Assembly: GCA_050575255.1 (NCBI GenBank)
Contig: JBNZDD010013726.1
Coordinates: 3,045,763 to 3,109,762, forward strand
Length of the DNA: 64,000 nucleotides
Source: Harriotta raleighana
Lineage: Eukaryota
Reading direction: 5' to 3'
Both the position numbers and the translations under genes were made by a program. Position 1 is the stretch's first letter; every line of letters starts with the position of its first letter. This document shows, one piece after another, positions 13,831 to 25,795 of the stretch. The notes beneath the pieces were generated by a model. It saw only the letters and a list, made by a program, of their open reading frames with translations. It made no database searches and had not been told where the DNA came from.

Positions 13831-14667
13831 ACTTCTTTTAATTAGTCATATTCTTGTAAGCAATTTCTGAATAAATCAGAACTGTTTGAACTGTTCAAAT
13901 GTCAATTTTTATTTGTTTTTCAAGTGCATACTTAAGTGTCCAAAGCTAGAATGTTGTTATGTTATTTGTCACATAATGACTTGTACTCAATAAACATAAT
14001 CCCAAGAGATTTTATATAAGTAGCCAATCCTAATTTACTTGTTTGAGTTCTACTGTAGGAAAATTTTCAAAAGTGAAATTTGATTCACCATTTCAAGAAT
14101 TGAGTCAAAGACTCTGGATAGATCGAGTTCCTGTCATTTTGTGCGTCTAACTTCAAACCGAATGACCATTTACAAAAGGGATTGTGACCCTGAAACCATT
14201 CATTTGCTGTAATAGAACCATATAAACATTCAAAGTGCAATAGTCATTCTGTATCTAGTCAGAAATTGTAATTAGAGGTACTCCGTTTCATTGTTCTGAA
14301 AGACATACTCCATGGCAATTTCTGACCTATAAAATGGAAGTGTTTTAATTTTTCATTATAGATCATTATTATTATGATAGGTCAGTAGCAATCACATTTC
14401 TGTAATAAAGTCTAGTATGCAATTTACTGTCAGCAGAGGTGTGCTGTTAGCAGATTTCTCTAGAGTTTGATTCTGTAATGCTATTTTCTATTATAAAATA
14501 TGGAGAACATTTTAGCACTAATATATAAGTACCTAGAACAATTTCAATTGTATATCATCATTCCTCCAGTTTTAAATGATGGGTGTTGTTGGATATTAAT
14601 CAAAAACAAGTGCCTTGTGTAATTTTCATCCTTCAACCACTGCCTCCAGTGGGTATTACGTTACACA

Positions 14668-14715
14668 TAATAATAATCTTTGCATTTAATACAGCACCTT
14701 ATCATTTTGTTGAGA
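14668..14715 (-). mobile_element. tRNA-SINE tail fragment
   Basis: (taa)n tctttgcatttaatacagcaccttatca...aaagtgcttcacag. Confidence 0.65.
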
Positions 14716-16193
14716 TGTTTCAAAGTGCTTCACAGGATACACTGGTGGGATGGTGTATTGTATTGCCTTCCCCACATGTTTGCATCTATGTTGATGGGTC
14801 CTGACTTTGCCTCATGGGACTCACCAAAGCATGAACTAAGATAGTATTGAATGGGCAAAGATAGTGTTTAGATTACTGCCATACAGTATAGATGATGTGT
14901 AAGTAATTGGGCACATCTATACCAAGAACATTGAGTAAAAATATGATTAGAATGGGTTATGTTTTTGCAGGTAGCATTGATTTAATTTGCAGTTTTTTCT
15001 GCCATGTACAACTGCATTCTAAATCATTTTTTGGCAAACGATCAACTTTCTGAATCTAGAGAGATTTCTGAAGAGCCAGAATGCTTTGTTCACAGAAAAT
15101 ATGACATACAATTCTGCAGAGCAAAATTGAATTTCAGATCAGATGCCAGAGGCCAATATGTGTGCAGCAGTGAAGACATGGCTCCAATACTAATCGAATA
15201 TTAACTGCTGACTCGAATCGAATGTAGGTGCTGTATGGAATGATGAAATTGCTGTGATACTTGTGATTCATATACAACTGACATTATAATTGAAAGTGGA
15301 AGACAAATGTTACCAATATGCTAATCTTAGTAACCCAATTTAGTCAATAATTTATATTAAAATCTGTGTAGTGTTCTGCTAATTATGAGGCCTGAATAAT
15401 TTAGGCTTATTACTCAATAACTTAAAAATGAAAAGAAAATTTATTTGAATATGTGGTTTGAATTTGCTGCAATTGGTTTCATAAATATGAAAATGTACTA
15501 GTATTTTAAGGTTACAAAACAAATTAGACACAAATACGCTAAGTTTGTAAACATAAGGTAGCATTATGCAATGGAGTACCAAATAATTGTACAAGAACCT
15601 GATGGAATGGAGTTTTACTCCTGAATTTCAAAACAGGAGAGTTTCTAAACTTAAATAGTTTGTCAGAGGGCAAAATAGGGAGAATGAATAGGTCACACTG
15701 CAGTCAATTTGCCTCCCAATATGGAGGGACACTAATTCTAAGTCACTTTCACATTTCTTTGCTTGATTATTCATAGACTGGACTAGCAGAAGTTGAGGCC
15801 AGGCCTTCAATAACTATTAGCCAGAGAATAACATTTAGTGTGATTTTAAAAACGGATGTTAACTTAGAAGAATAATCTAGGTGATACTAATTAAAAATTA
15901 TAATCAGATCCAAACACTTTCCTGGCACACATTTTATATCGAAACATTTTAAGAATCCATGCATTTGATAGTGCTTTTTGTTTCAGGACTATGTCCGAAA
16001 GCGCTCCAAAAGCTTTCAAAGTTTTTAAAGATTCACAGGTTTCTATGAAAACACTAGAATCTAGTGAAGAGAGCTGGTTTCTTGGGAAGCTGATGTTGGG
16101 ATTGATTGAGAAGTTCAGTCCACAGAGGACCATATCATACCTAAACCATGGATGATGACATGTCTAGATGTTGTTTGATTGTAATAACTTATC

Positions 16194-16872
16194 CAGACTG
16201 ATCCAACCAGCAGCCCACAGGCTGCATCAGGCCAGGAGGATGATTTCATCTGACGTACAAATATAGTCATACTGTGTGTCTGGAGCCCAGGTCTGGTCTG
16301 ACGCTGTGGGAAAATCACTTTCAAACTGGTAACGGGAGAGAAAGAGAGAGAGAGAAACAGAGACAAGACAGAGAATTACAGAGACACAAAGATGGTTACA
16401 GAGACAGATAGATTCAGAGACANNNNNNNNNNNNNNNNNNNNNNNNNNNNNNNNNNNNNNNNNNNNNNNNNNCAGAGACAGATAGATACAGAGACACATG
16501 CATACAGATAGAAAGAGACAGATGGACAAAGAGACAGATGCAGAGACAGACAGATTGACTGACTGACTGACTGACTGACACAGAAACAGACACACCCAGA
16601 TACAGAGAGACACACCGAGACAGATATTCATAGCTGGTTGTATTATTGTTTCAAAATTTCTATGAATTTTTACATTGTTTAAAGTTTGCATTCTAACTAA
16701 AATTTAATGAAATTAAGTAATACAATTACACAATTAAAAATCTAGGATTTCTATATGATCTTTGTGGGGTAGGTTCCTGGAAAGGAAATACTAAAATATT
16801 GCTCATGGAACCCGGGAGTGTTTCTTAAATCCGGTATCCTGCCCTCAGCAGCGAAAAGGTTGGACCACCCAG
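16194..16872 (+). mobile_element. Non-autonomous hAT (Charlie-like) DNA transposon with an internal GA-rich repeat
   Basis: Imperfect TIRs cagactgatccaacc / ggttggaccacccag; subterminal gcagcccacaggctgcatcaggcc and gccctc...aaaaggttgg typical of hAT-Charlie ends. Confidence 0.5.
16335..16625. repeat. GA/GACA/GACT simple repeat containing a 50-N gap (16423-16472)
   Basis: Directly visible. Confidence 0.95.
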
Positions 16873-16873
16873 C

Positions 16874-17142
16874 CTTATGATAGAGGTATTCAAAATTCGA
16901 TAGGATAAATAGGGAAAAACTGTTCAGCATGGCAGTATTATTAGGGTGTAGAATGTCCTAAAAAGCATGGGTGAAACATAATCTATAAGAGCTTTAAACA
17001 GGAAGTTGTCAAAATATTTACATTTTAACAAGTATGGGGAAAGAAAACAGAATTGAGACCCAAGTGGATAGCTCTTCCAGGGAGCTGGCAAAGGCACATA
17101 GAACTAAATAGCCTCCTGTGTTGCATAAATTCTATAATTTTA
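16874..17142 (+). mobile_element. CR1 LINE 3' fragment
   Basis: atgatagaggtattcaaaat...agggaaaaactgtt...aaatagcctcctgtgttgcataaattctat. Confidence 0.65.
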
Positions 17143-18187
17143 TACATTTCTATTTGCATTCACAGATAATTTACACTTGTAGTGTGGCATTCTATGTTTT
17201 TGGTAACCAAAGCACCACATGTCTGCTACTTCATTCACCCAGCTGCACACACTTAATTTACTTACAAGTACCATCCCTGGGGAATTGGAGTTGTGCCACT
17301 AAGCAGCTAGATTCACTTTGATGGGCCCATCATAATGCATGTTGAATGCTGTTCTGGCTCCCGTGTAACACGTCTGCATAGCAACTAATGCAGTGTTGAA
17401 TTGCTAACTTGGATAGTGTCTGGAGGCCGATTCTAAGTAATTCTCTGTTGCCATATACTAGGAATTTTGTGTTAAATTCATGCTCCTAGTGGCATGAAGT
17501 CAACATGAAATGACTAGGTAAAAGTATTTCTTCATGAATCCATCCACTGTATAGAGAAAGAAGTTACATTTTTGCACATATATTTGACTCAGAAATGCTC
17601 AAGAGTTGCAGAAAGAATGTTCAAATGGATTCTTGATTCAGTTTTGCACTTGTCCAAGCTGCTGAATAAAAAATTCCTCACATTCTGAAAGTTTTCATTG
17701 AAATTCCATGCTGAAGCTTGCAAGAAGTGATGTTTTGGTAGGGTAGGTTTGATTATCCAAGCTTAAAACAGGATTTTTTTTGTTATCTAAATGCTTTGCA
17801 GAAAAATTGCAATAACAATATCAGGAAAACAACTGCTTCCATTGCAATTTCTTTGTAATGAAGGGCTTTTAAGATGCAAGTCAGTTGACAAAAACATCTA
17901 AAATGTTTTAGACAGATTACTAAGACATAGTGAAATACAATGAATGAACGCTGAATACCTTTCATAGGCTTTTATCATTTTTAAATTTTTAACATTTACT
18001 AAAAAGGATTCAGAATCACTGTTGCCCCTGGATGACGATGTGTTTGTTGTAGAATGTCATAGACTGATTGACAGGTGTGAGTTTGCAGTGGGATTGACAA
18101 CCTGTAATTGTGACTAAAAGTGCAGCTCAAAGTCACACCAACAGGATTGTAGGTGTACGTTTGAAGTGGAAATATTGCTCTGTGATT

Positions 18188-18255
18188 GCTTGGTTGGTTG
18201 GTTGTGGGGGGGTTGGTTGGTTGGTGGGTTGATTGGTCAGTTGGTTGGTTGGTTG
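18188..18255. repeat. (TTGG)n microsatellite
   Basis: Directly visible. Confidence 0.9.
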
Positions 18256-18584
18256 ATTATTGATCAGAAGCCATTCTGGCAGACGCACACACAGATGTAA
18301 TGAGAGGTCACACTTTGATTGTGCATTGCTGAGTGAGTAACCATAAGAGTGATATTCAGCATGCTCGGCAATGGGAAACACACTTTGAGATCATTGTGAT
18401 TTAGTGTGCTTTTAATGGACATGATTCTCATGAGAGATGAACACACAATCTGATTGTGTTGGTGGTACCATTCTGTGAAGGGTAGTCATGTGCTTTGCTT
18501 GGGGTAAAAGAGAGTAAGTGACAAATTTCTTAGTGGCAACTTCCCTCACGAGAATCCTGCATGATGCCACCTCCCCACTCAAAA

Positions 18585-18653
18585 ATATTGTATATTCTGT
18601 GCAGCGCTTTGAGACAGCTAGAATACATGAAAAGCTCTATATCAAATGCAAGG
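18585..18653 (+). mobile_element. SINE tail fragment
   Basis: gtatattctgtgcagcgctttgagac...ctatatcaaatgcaagg. Confidence 0.7.
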
Positions 18654-19087
18654 CAGTCCTAGTTAAATATTTTCTTTTAAAAAAGAACTTGCAGTCACAT
18701 GTTTTATGATATTGACTGACATTATATGGGTTAAGCTTCTGAACAAATGTATTTAGGGAAAAAAACATTGCAATGACCTGCATTTTTAAAAAAACGTAAT
18801 TTATGATAATCCACAGCTTCTTATTTCCAATGAGTAATACATTCAAACTATTTGATGTCAACAATTTAGCAGGAGGCTTTTATTACAATGTGCTGGCTTT
18901 GAAAGCTGAGAAGCAGTGGACAGTCAAAATAATTAATCTATCATCCACATATGCAATATGAACTGTAAAATATTTATGGTTTAGGAGAAATATTTCATTT
19001 GTGAAGCCCAAGGATTTTCCCCTCGCTCCTTCATGCTGTTTTATAGTCAAAAGCATCTGGAATAAGAGACATCATAATGAAATTAGA

Positions 19088-19214
19088 TGATGTGCACAAT
19101 TGGCATACCACGTTTCATCCACAAAATATAGTCAATTCACTTTACAGTATATTTTGTGAAGTGCTTTGAGATGTCTAGGAGGTGATATATCAAATCCAAG
19201 GATTATTATTATTA
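19088..19214 (+). mobile_element. tRNA-SINE 3' fragment
   Basis: Matches the SINE tail and ends in (att)n. Confidence 0.8.
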
Positions 19215-19479
19215 TGCTTAGTCTCAGAAAGACCCTTGCTCCTTCTGAAGATTCCAGGTTATTAAAGAGGATTAAAGTTTCTTTGTAAATTATAGTACCT
19301 TTGTACATTTTTCAAAAAGTGAAATCCTTGTACATAAGAAGCTTAAAGAAAGATGGATCCCCTGTGATACTTTTCATTAGTTGAGGAGGTTGATTAAATA
19401 AATAAAAGAACAACTGGAAATGATTTAACTATTACCATAGAATTTAAATTGCGGAGCTTTACAACATGCAAAGCGATGG

Positions 19480-19735
19480 CACTTTATGAGTTTCTAACCA
19501 GCCAGGAGGAGTTGAAGACGTTGCCTACAAGGATGCTACCTTTTTGCCGTTGCATCAAGATTGCATTTGAAGAAAGCCTAGGAGTAGTCTGCCATTCCTT
19601 ATCAGTCGCAAGAGGTGTATAATACGGTGAGAGGCAACAAGAGAAGAAAGTAGTCATTTCCATTACAGCTGTTTGTGGAACACAGCAGTGCGCAAATTGA
19701 CTGCCACATTCACCTACAAAATACACAATCACTAA
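19480..19735 (+). mobile_element. Degenerate Deu-domain SINE fragment
   Basis: gctgtttgtggaacacagcagtgcgcaaattgactgcc plus upstream Deu-like remnants. Confidence 0.45.
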
Positions 19736-20360
19736 ACTTTTTGTGCGCAACATCGTGTTTATTTGTAGTCAAATATATCAGAGACTTAATAAACTGCATT
19801 GTTGCATCGTGCTGCTAATTTCTGAATGAAGTCGGTATTGCATTAGAAAAAGGGAACTATACTAAAAGGTGCAGTTCCTAGGAAGGAGATCCTGTGTGCT
19901 GAACAGATTATCACAAAGAGCATCGCTGAGTATTAACCACAGAACTGTCAAACCTCCCTTTTTTCACTGCTAAATTAAACAGGTCGATCGGCTTCCAATC
20001 TATCTCACAGATCAATCAGCTTCCAATCTATTTTGATTATAAATGTTACTCCCAGCATTTTCCACAGCTCTTTGAATAGTTAATTTGCTAGAAGAGCTCA
20101 GTGTGCTCTACAGTGCATTAAAGAATGAAACTTCTACAGGCCAACTAAAGAATATATTATGGTTATTAAGAAAATCTTTACGGATTATCTTTCATTAGGA
20201 AAGGGAAATTATATAGATTAAAATTAATTAAGTTTTTTTATATAAATTAAAATGTTATCCAGTACTCCGAATTAATTGATGTAATTCATTGGTTTGTTTG
20301 TAAAGTCACTGTCCATTTCCTTGTCTTCTTTGTCTCTCCCTATCCATTACCTGATGCAAG

Positions 20361-20400
20361 GATTTGAGGATGTTGTCCATTACTTCTATGATAAAGCGTG
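20361..20400 (+). CDS. CCSER2: Candidate 40-nt alternative exon of CCSER2 (3n+1)
   Basis: AG-free, pyrimidine-rich stretch 20306-20358, TGC just before the aag acceptor, weak donor GTG|gtacag, and three TGCATG within 66 nt downstream. Open in both usable phases: DLRMLSITSMIKR(A) or (R)FEDVVHYFYDKA(C). Confidence 0.55.
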
Positions 20401-20434
20401 GTACAGTACAGTTAAATAATATTGCACTGCTGCC

Positions 20435-20639
20435 TGCATGTTGCATGAGTGACAAAATCTTGCATGTATTGTTAATCCTACACGGCAGAATTATATCAAT
20501 GTACGATGAAATTTTACACAAATTGTATGTGCTTTTTATGTGCAATACACAAGCATGCAAATATACCTATATATGAAAACAAAGTAGTTAAGTCTAAGAT
20601 TTCCTGTGAACTTAATCACACTATAAGCTCCACTGCATG
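20435..20639 (+). promoter_or_regulatory. RBFOX (TGCATG) intronic splicing element cluster
   Basis: TGCATG at 20435, 20442, 20461 and 20634; GCATG at 20553; immediately downstream of the candidate exon. Confidence 0.6.
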
Positions 20640-20669
20640 AAGCAATATATTTTGGTCTCCAGCACCCCC

Positions 20670-21005
20670 TTCTATGTGATTCAGCTATAAAAATAATAAA
20701 GGAATTAACAGGTTAGATGGTGGATGCCTCTTCGGTTTGATAGAGGGATTCATTGCAAGGGACAGAACTTTCAAATTGGAACTGTTAAAATTTAGTTCAG
20801 CTAACATTTATTCACAGAGTGTTATGAAACTGTGGAATATTTTGCCCCAGAAAGCTGTTAAAGGCAGAATCAATAGCGGTATTTAGAAAAGAGCCAGGTG
20901 ATAGAGACATTATCTTGAAAGGACAAGGCAATGGGATTAAAAGATCTTTCAAGATCAAATAAATTGGTGAAACTGGTTTGAAGGGCCTAATGTACCTATC
21001 CTACT
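20670..21005 (+). mobile_element. CR1 LINE 3' fragment
   Basis: ttcacagagtgttatgaaactgtggaatattttgccccagaaagctgt...gaagggcctaatgtacct (F..RV...WN.LP remnant plus CR1 3' UTR). Confidence 0.7.
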
Positions 21006-24000
21006 TGTTTGTTCAGGTAATGAGCACAATTCACTGACATTTTCACCTCACAGTTGATATCTGAAACATGTATTCAATTGAGTCACTTGCCTCATTCAGT
21101 GATATGTGTTCATTATCTTGTATAATACATACAGACAGTGAGTTAATATATTACAGTATATTGAAGATTCCTACTGATTTATTCATGCAGTCTTGTGCTT
21201 ACTGAGCAATTCTACATCTGGGAGGAGCACAGAGGATAATTTCAAGTTACAGTAAAGATTTGGATTGGGATATAGCAGAATAATGAGGACAATTCCAGTA
21301 GATCTGGAGCATTCCATGAATTTGTGATCTTTGAAAATGTGGCGTTTTTCAGGAATTTGCTGGTGCCACAAAAATGTCATAAATGCATCAAAATACATTT
21401 TTATTTTACACGATTTCACAAAATTAACAAAGATAAATGCGTTTTGAAGAAACACTTTGCTCATACGTCAAATATAAAATACTAGTGACAAGAAAATCCT
21501 TAGTTTTTAGTTGAGTCATCATTTAGCAATTTATATCCTCCAAAGAAGAAAAACATTTGGAAGAAATAATTTTGGCATCTTCTTGTGCAAAGTCTCATTC
21601 TTAGCACCTAGAAATTGACATTAGCGTGGCAGTAAGTTATGTCACTATTCATCTGATACCCAGATGTGGAACATTTGTTATGGATAAGTATCAATTTCAA
21701 AATGCAAGGATGATTATTACAAGTAAATGTTTTAAAACGTCGAAGAAGTTAACCAACAAAAAATGGTCAATTTCCACTAGCCTTAAATACAAACTGGCAG
21801 GCAAAACCAATCTTTGATTTTTCTAGAAGCAGTGCAGATTAATATAAAACCCACAAAATTTAATTTCAAGCACCTTACCTTGGTGTTTAAAACGGATACA
21901 TAAGTGTTAAAATAATTGGTCAATTATTATTGCCCTCGAGTATATGTATAGAATATAAATTATATACTTTCAGGTGGAACACACTCAAGAGATTTTTAGA
22001 AAAAAAATATCTGTTCATTAAAACAGGCTTTTGATGTTAGATTTAAATTTTCTTAAAATAATACCTTCATTAATTTCTCCCTGCATGGAGCTTTTTTTCA
22101 GTCCCAACAGTTAAACTCAACAGGCTGTTAATTTACAGAGATAAACTCAGGATAGATGGAATGTAGCTGTCTGTTGGTTTAATTTTAATATGTCAATATT
22201 AGTTTACATTCATCTCCTCTGTGATTCAACCTCTGTGTGATGTGTTAAAATTGTGCATGGGCACAAAGCTTGCCTAAAAAAAACGGCCATAACAAACTTT
22301 CAGCTAATTTAACATATATTATTATTAACCTACATTTTTGTCTTTGTTTCTATGGTTTTAAATGAATAGGATTGTGCACATCATTCGCAAAATTTCTAGG
22401 TTATTACCATACCCAATAACATTACAAGTACTCGAATTATAGCAAGTACGAAATTCATCTCCATCAAAATCATTCATTTCCATGATATATGTCTCCTGTA
22501 GTTGAAGAGAAACCTTAAAATCAGCTAAGGTTCCCATTCATTCCCAATGATGCCAATTGTATCCAACTATGTTGGGTGATGAGTGAGTTGGAGTCTGCAG
22601 TCATGCTTTCATGGCCAACTAGCTTACCAACATTAACTATAATATGAGGTATGGCCACATAGGATTTACAGAAGTCCCTGCAATGGAACTCACTAAAGCA
22701 CCCAAGTACAGGAGCCAAGCTCCTGTTTAAGCAAATCTTCCTCCCTAAAGTACTGTACTTCTTCAGAAAAAATATTCTCCTGATTTTTTTTTGATGGATT
22801 ATTCTTTGTAGGTTTCACCTTTAAACAATTGTTTCTACTGTTTTATGGGAGATTGCCTGGCATGATTGCGTACAGAATTAATGTACACAGTTACAATTAC
22901 ATGATTATCAAAGTGCTGCAAGTTAATTACCACATTTATTTAACTCCTCAATGATAGCTCAGCAAATTCACCAAGCAGTTCTCACCTTTATTCACGCTTT
23001 ATAAACAGATGCTCCAATAAAAATCAACAAACAGATGAAATAAAGATGTTAAAGTTAGTGATCCTGTTTTTTTAAAGCACACTTAAACCAAAATTTCTAT
23101 ATCATCCAATATAATATAAATATGCAATTATAAATCATTCTGATTGTTGGAATTGTTGATTCTAAAAATCTGATGTATAGGTTAACTGTTCATAGTGTCA
23201 CTAAAATGTTTGGGCTTATGTTAAATCACACTATGAAACCTTCTATGATGGCATGCTATCTATATGCATAACTAAATTAATGCACAAATCTCCATTAATT
23301 GGCAGCAATATAGTTAAATTTTATAATAATAAAGAGACAGATTTTTTAAAACTGCACTATAGTTTTTTTTAAAGTTTATTTATACTATAGTCCATGCATT
23401 TATTCGAATACTAAAACCCATCTATGATTGTCTGGGAAGGTGTATTCTGAATTGAATTCATGTTGTTTTAAACCCGATTTATACTGCACTTTTAGCTTTC
23501 ATTTGATGGGAAATCAGAAACAAATCTATGCTTAACTGCAGTGCTCTTTGCAGTTTATGATGTTAACTGAGATATTTGATCGTTACCAAGGTGTAGCTTT
23601 TATTGAATGTTAGAAGAGTTTGACATGGTTAAACCTTTTACTTAAGCTTGATTGAGTGCACTCTTGGTATAGTAATGAATTGTTAATGAATAGATATCGA
23701 AAGTCCTATATAAACAACTTTTTTGATGGAAAACTATCCAAATAAAATATAAAGATTGTAACTGGCCTTTTAGGATATGTTTGAATGAGAGGCTGTGTGG
23801 CCAATTTATACCAATGAGGTTGGACTAAAAGACCACCCGAACTTTTCATCTTTACTTTCTGGTTAGGTATCCATAGATATCTATGCCTATTATTGCTAAA
23901 ATATTCCTAAACTCTCTCACTGGATGGTATTTTAGTAGTCTATGTCATAGCATTCTAAATCACAGTTTATGTTTATCTCTGCACAAATACCATTAGCAGA

Positions 24001-24184
24001 GATGTCTTAATGTTAATTCGAGCATATAAATTTATTACTACCAAACCTGGTTAATCTATTTATGGTGGTCAATGGCTAGGTAATTTATACGCAACATGCT
24101 TGTATGAGACAAGCAGAGAAGTGGCAAAGCTTTGTGTAACAGAAGGGTTGAGTGAGTCGCCCACCATAAGTGGAAAAGTTTACT

Positions 24185-24480
24185 CGAGATAAGGAGCAGA
24201 GAAATGAGAGAGAATCAAGCAGGATGAGTTTAGGGATGGGTTACAAGGTGCTCACTGCAGAGGCTGGGTAAGGATAGGAGTGAAAACATTCCAGCAGAAA
24301 AAGGGAAAACGTTGCTTGGGGAATAGCAGTTGAGTGTCGAAGATTGCCAAACGTTCACTTTTGAGTTGTAAAGTGACAAACTTTGTAAGAGGAAATGAGC
24401 AATTTAACATGATTGCTGTATTAAAACCACATGGAAAAAGAAGGAAAAACTCCTCCAGGAGAGGAGAGAAATTCACAGGT
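24185..24480 (-). mobile_element. Degenerate L2 ORF2 fragment (pre-RT region)
   Basis: Purine-rich; reverse complement resembles the ...TPILK..LDP...NYRPIS.LPxL region. Confidence 0.4.
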
Positions 24481-24850
24481 AACAATAACCCCAGACATGT
24501 TATCTTATGGTAGAATTTTCAGCTAGACAGAAAATATTCATATTACTGTACTAGTTTTTTTTTAAAAATTTCCACCATCCATCTTGTATGCTTCATCCTC
24601 GAAATAAGTGCCACAGTTTTAAATGTTCCTGTGTGATTTGCTTCAAAATGCTTTTGTTTCTCAATCAAATGATTATGTTGCTTTCATCCAGTGCCCATAC
24701 CTTCTTCTAGATTTTATTCATGCATGGTCTTTAGAAACAAAATAAAGTAGGATGTCCTGGTGATTGGACAGGTTTGGTCTTAGAAAAGTGCTAAGTATAT
24801 GTAAAAGTATGCGTAAAAGTGCTCTAACATGGCTTTTCTTCTTCCATCAG

Positions 24851-24945
24851 CCTCCAGTACTACAGCCTTCCAGCCACACACTCAGCTCAAGCGACTTCCA
24901 CGTGGAAAAACTAGCAAAAACAGTGCAAATCGAGGACCCCAGTAG
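24851..24945 (+). CDS. CCSER2: CCSER2 terminal exon, overlapping short-isoform frame: (T)SSTTAFQPHTQLKRLPRGKTSKNSANRGPQ*
   Basis: Frame reached after a 3n+1 exon; TAG at 24943-24945. Matches the recalled human short tail TSSTTAFQQPSQTHRSHPGKTNKATTYRGPQ in length and both ends. Confidence 0.85.
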
Positions 24946-25795
24946 GTGTATGGAGCAAGCTACGTACGAAAACTGCCAAACCAATCAAAATACAAAAGTT
25001 ACTGATTCCCCACAGATGGATTCAGACAAGCTTAGCTTTCTTTTAGCCTCACAGTTGAAGATGGAAGATTCTGATGAAAATCTTCCAAAAAGCAAAGTGC
25101 ACAATACAGGCAAGCAGATTCTAAATATTCCGCCTAACTTTTCATCTAAGGAACAGGCTTCTTNTGGTCCTAATCAGGCTTCTTTGCAGCAGATCTGTAT
25201 CGCTGGACCTTTGGAATTCACAGAGGAAACCATAAATAAAGACTCTCAGCCCACATTTTCCTTTAGACAATGTCAGCCTTCTAAGGATTTAAATATTGCA
25301 TCCCAGAACTTGTCTTCACGATTGCCATCCCCTTTATCCGTAACAGCTAGAAAGAATGCTCCAATCACTCAAACAAGTCCTTTACCTACAAAATGTCCAG
25401 TTCAACCATCCGGACATGGCCCGAAAGAAAAGGGTCATCATTCTCAGTTAAAAATACCCTTAAACCAGTCAAACCAAAACAATGAACAAAAGAGAAACTC
25501 TAAACTACCACCATCATTGTATTCATCACTTCTAAAGACTAAGATTGCAGGGCCCTTGATTGAGTCTGGATCACCAATCAGAGAGATTCAAAATGCTGAG
25601 GCAACTCGTCACCAGAATGAGCCCCATTTTCAGTTTCTACCAATAAACAAGCCACAGAAACCCCAATCATCCCGAAACGACCGTCCTGGACAACAGCGTG
25701 AATCCCAGATAGAGAAAATGGCAACTTCCATCAGATATTCTCGCCTTCCTAAACCAAAGATGCATGTGTCCAACTCCTCAAACTATAGTTTTTAG
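24851..25795 (+). CDS. CCSER2: CCSER2 terminal exon, long-isoform frame (314 aa, PPVLQPSS...RYSRLPKPKMHVSNSSNYSF*)
   Basis: Acceptor ttttcttcttccatcag (24850). Longest ORF in the window, S/P/Q-rich. Its start and end match the recalled human PQVLQPSS... and ...RYSRLPKPKIH. Confidence 0.9.
   Translation, partial: PPVLQPSSHTLSSSDFHVEKLAKTVQIEDPSRCMEQATYENCQTNQNTKVTDSPQMDSDKLSFLLASQLKMEDSDENLPKSKVHNTGKQILNIPPNFSSKEQASXGPNQASLQQICIAGPLEFTEETINKDSQPTFSFRQCQPSKDLNIASQNLSSRLPSPLSVTARKNAPITQTSPLPTKCPVQPSGHGPKEKGHHSQLKIPLNQSNQNNEQKRNSKLPPSLYSSLLKTKIAGPLIESGSPIREIQNAEATRHQNEPHFQFLPINKPQKPQSSRNDRPGQQRESQIEKMATSIRYSRLPKPKMHVSNSSNYSF

Noticed and set aside
16227-16691. 154-aa minus-strand ORF
   Set aside because: It is a translation of a simple repeat across an N gap.
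24764-24850. N-terminal 29 codons of the 343-aa ORF as a standalone gene start
   Set aside because: It begins at TTG and runs through a pyrimidine tract and acceptor, so it is intronic; similarity to CCSER2 starts at 24851.
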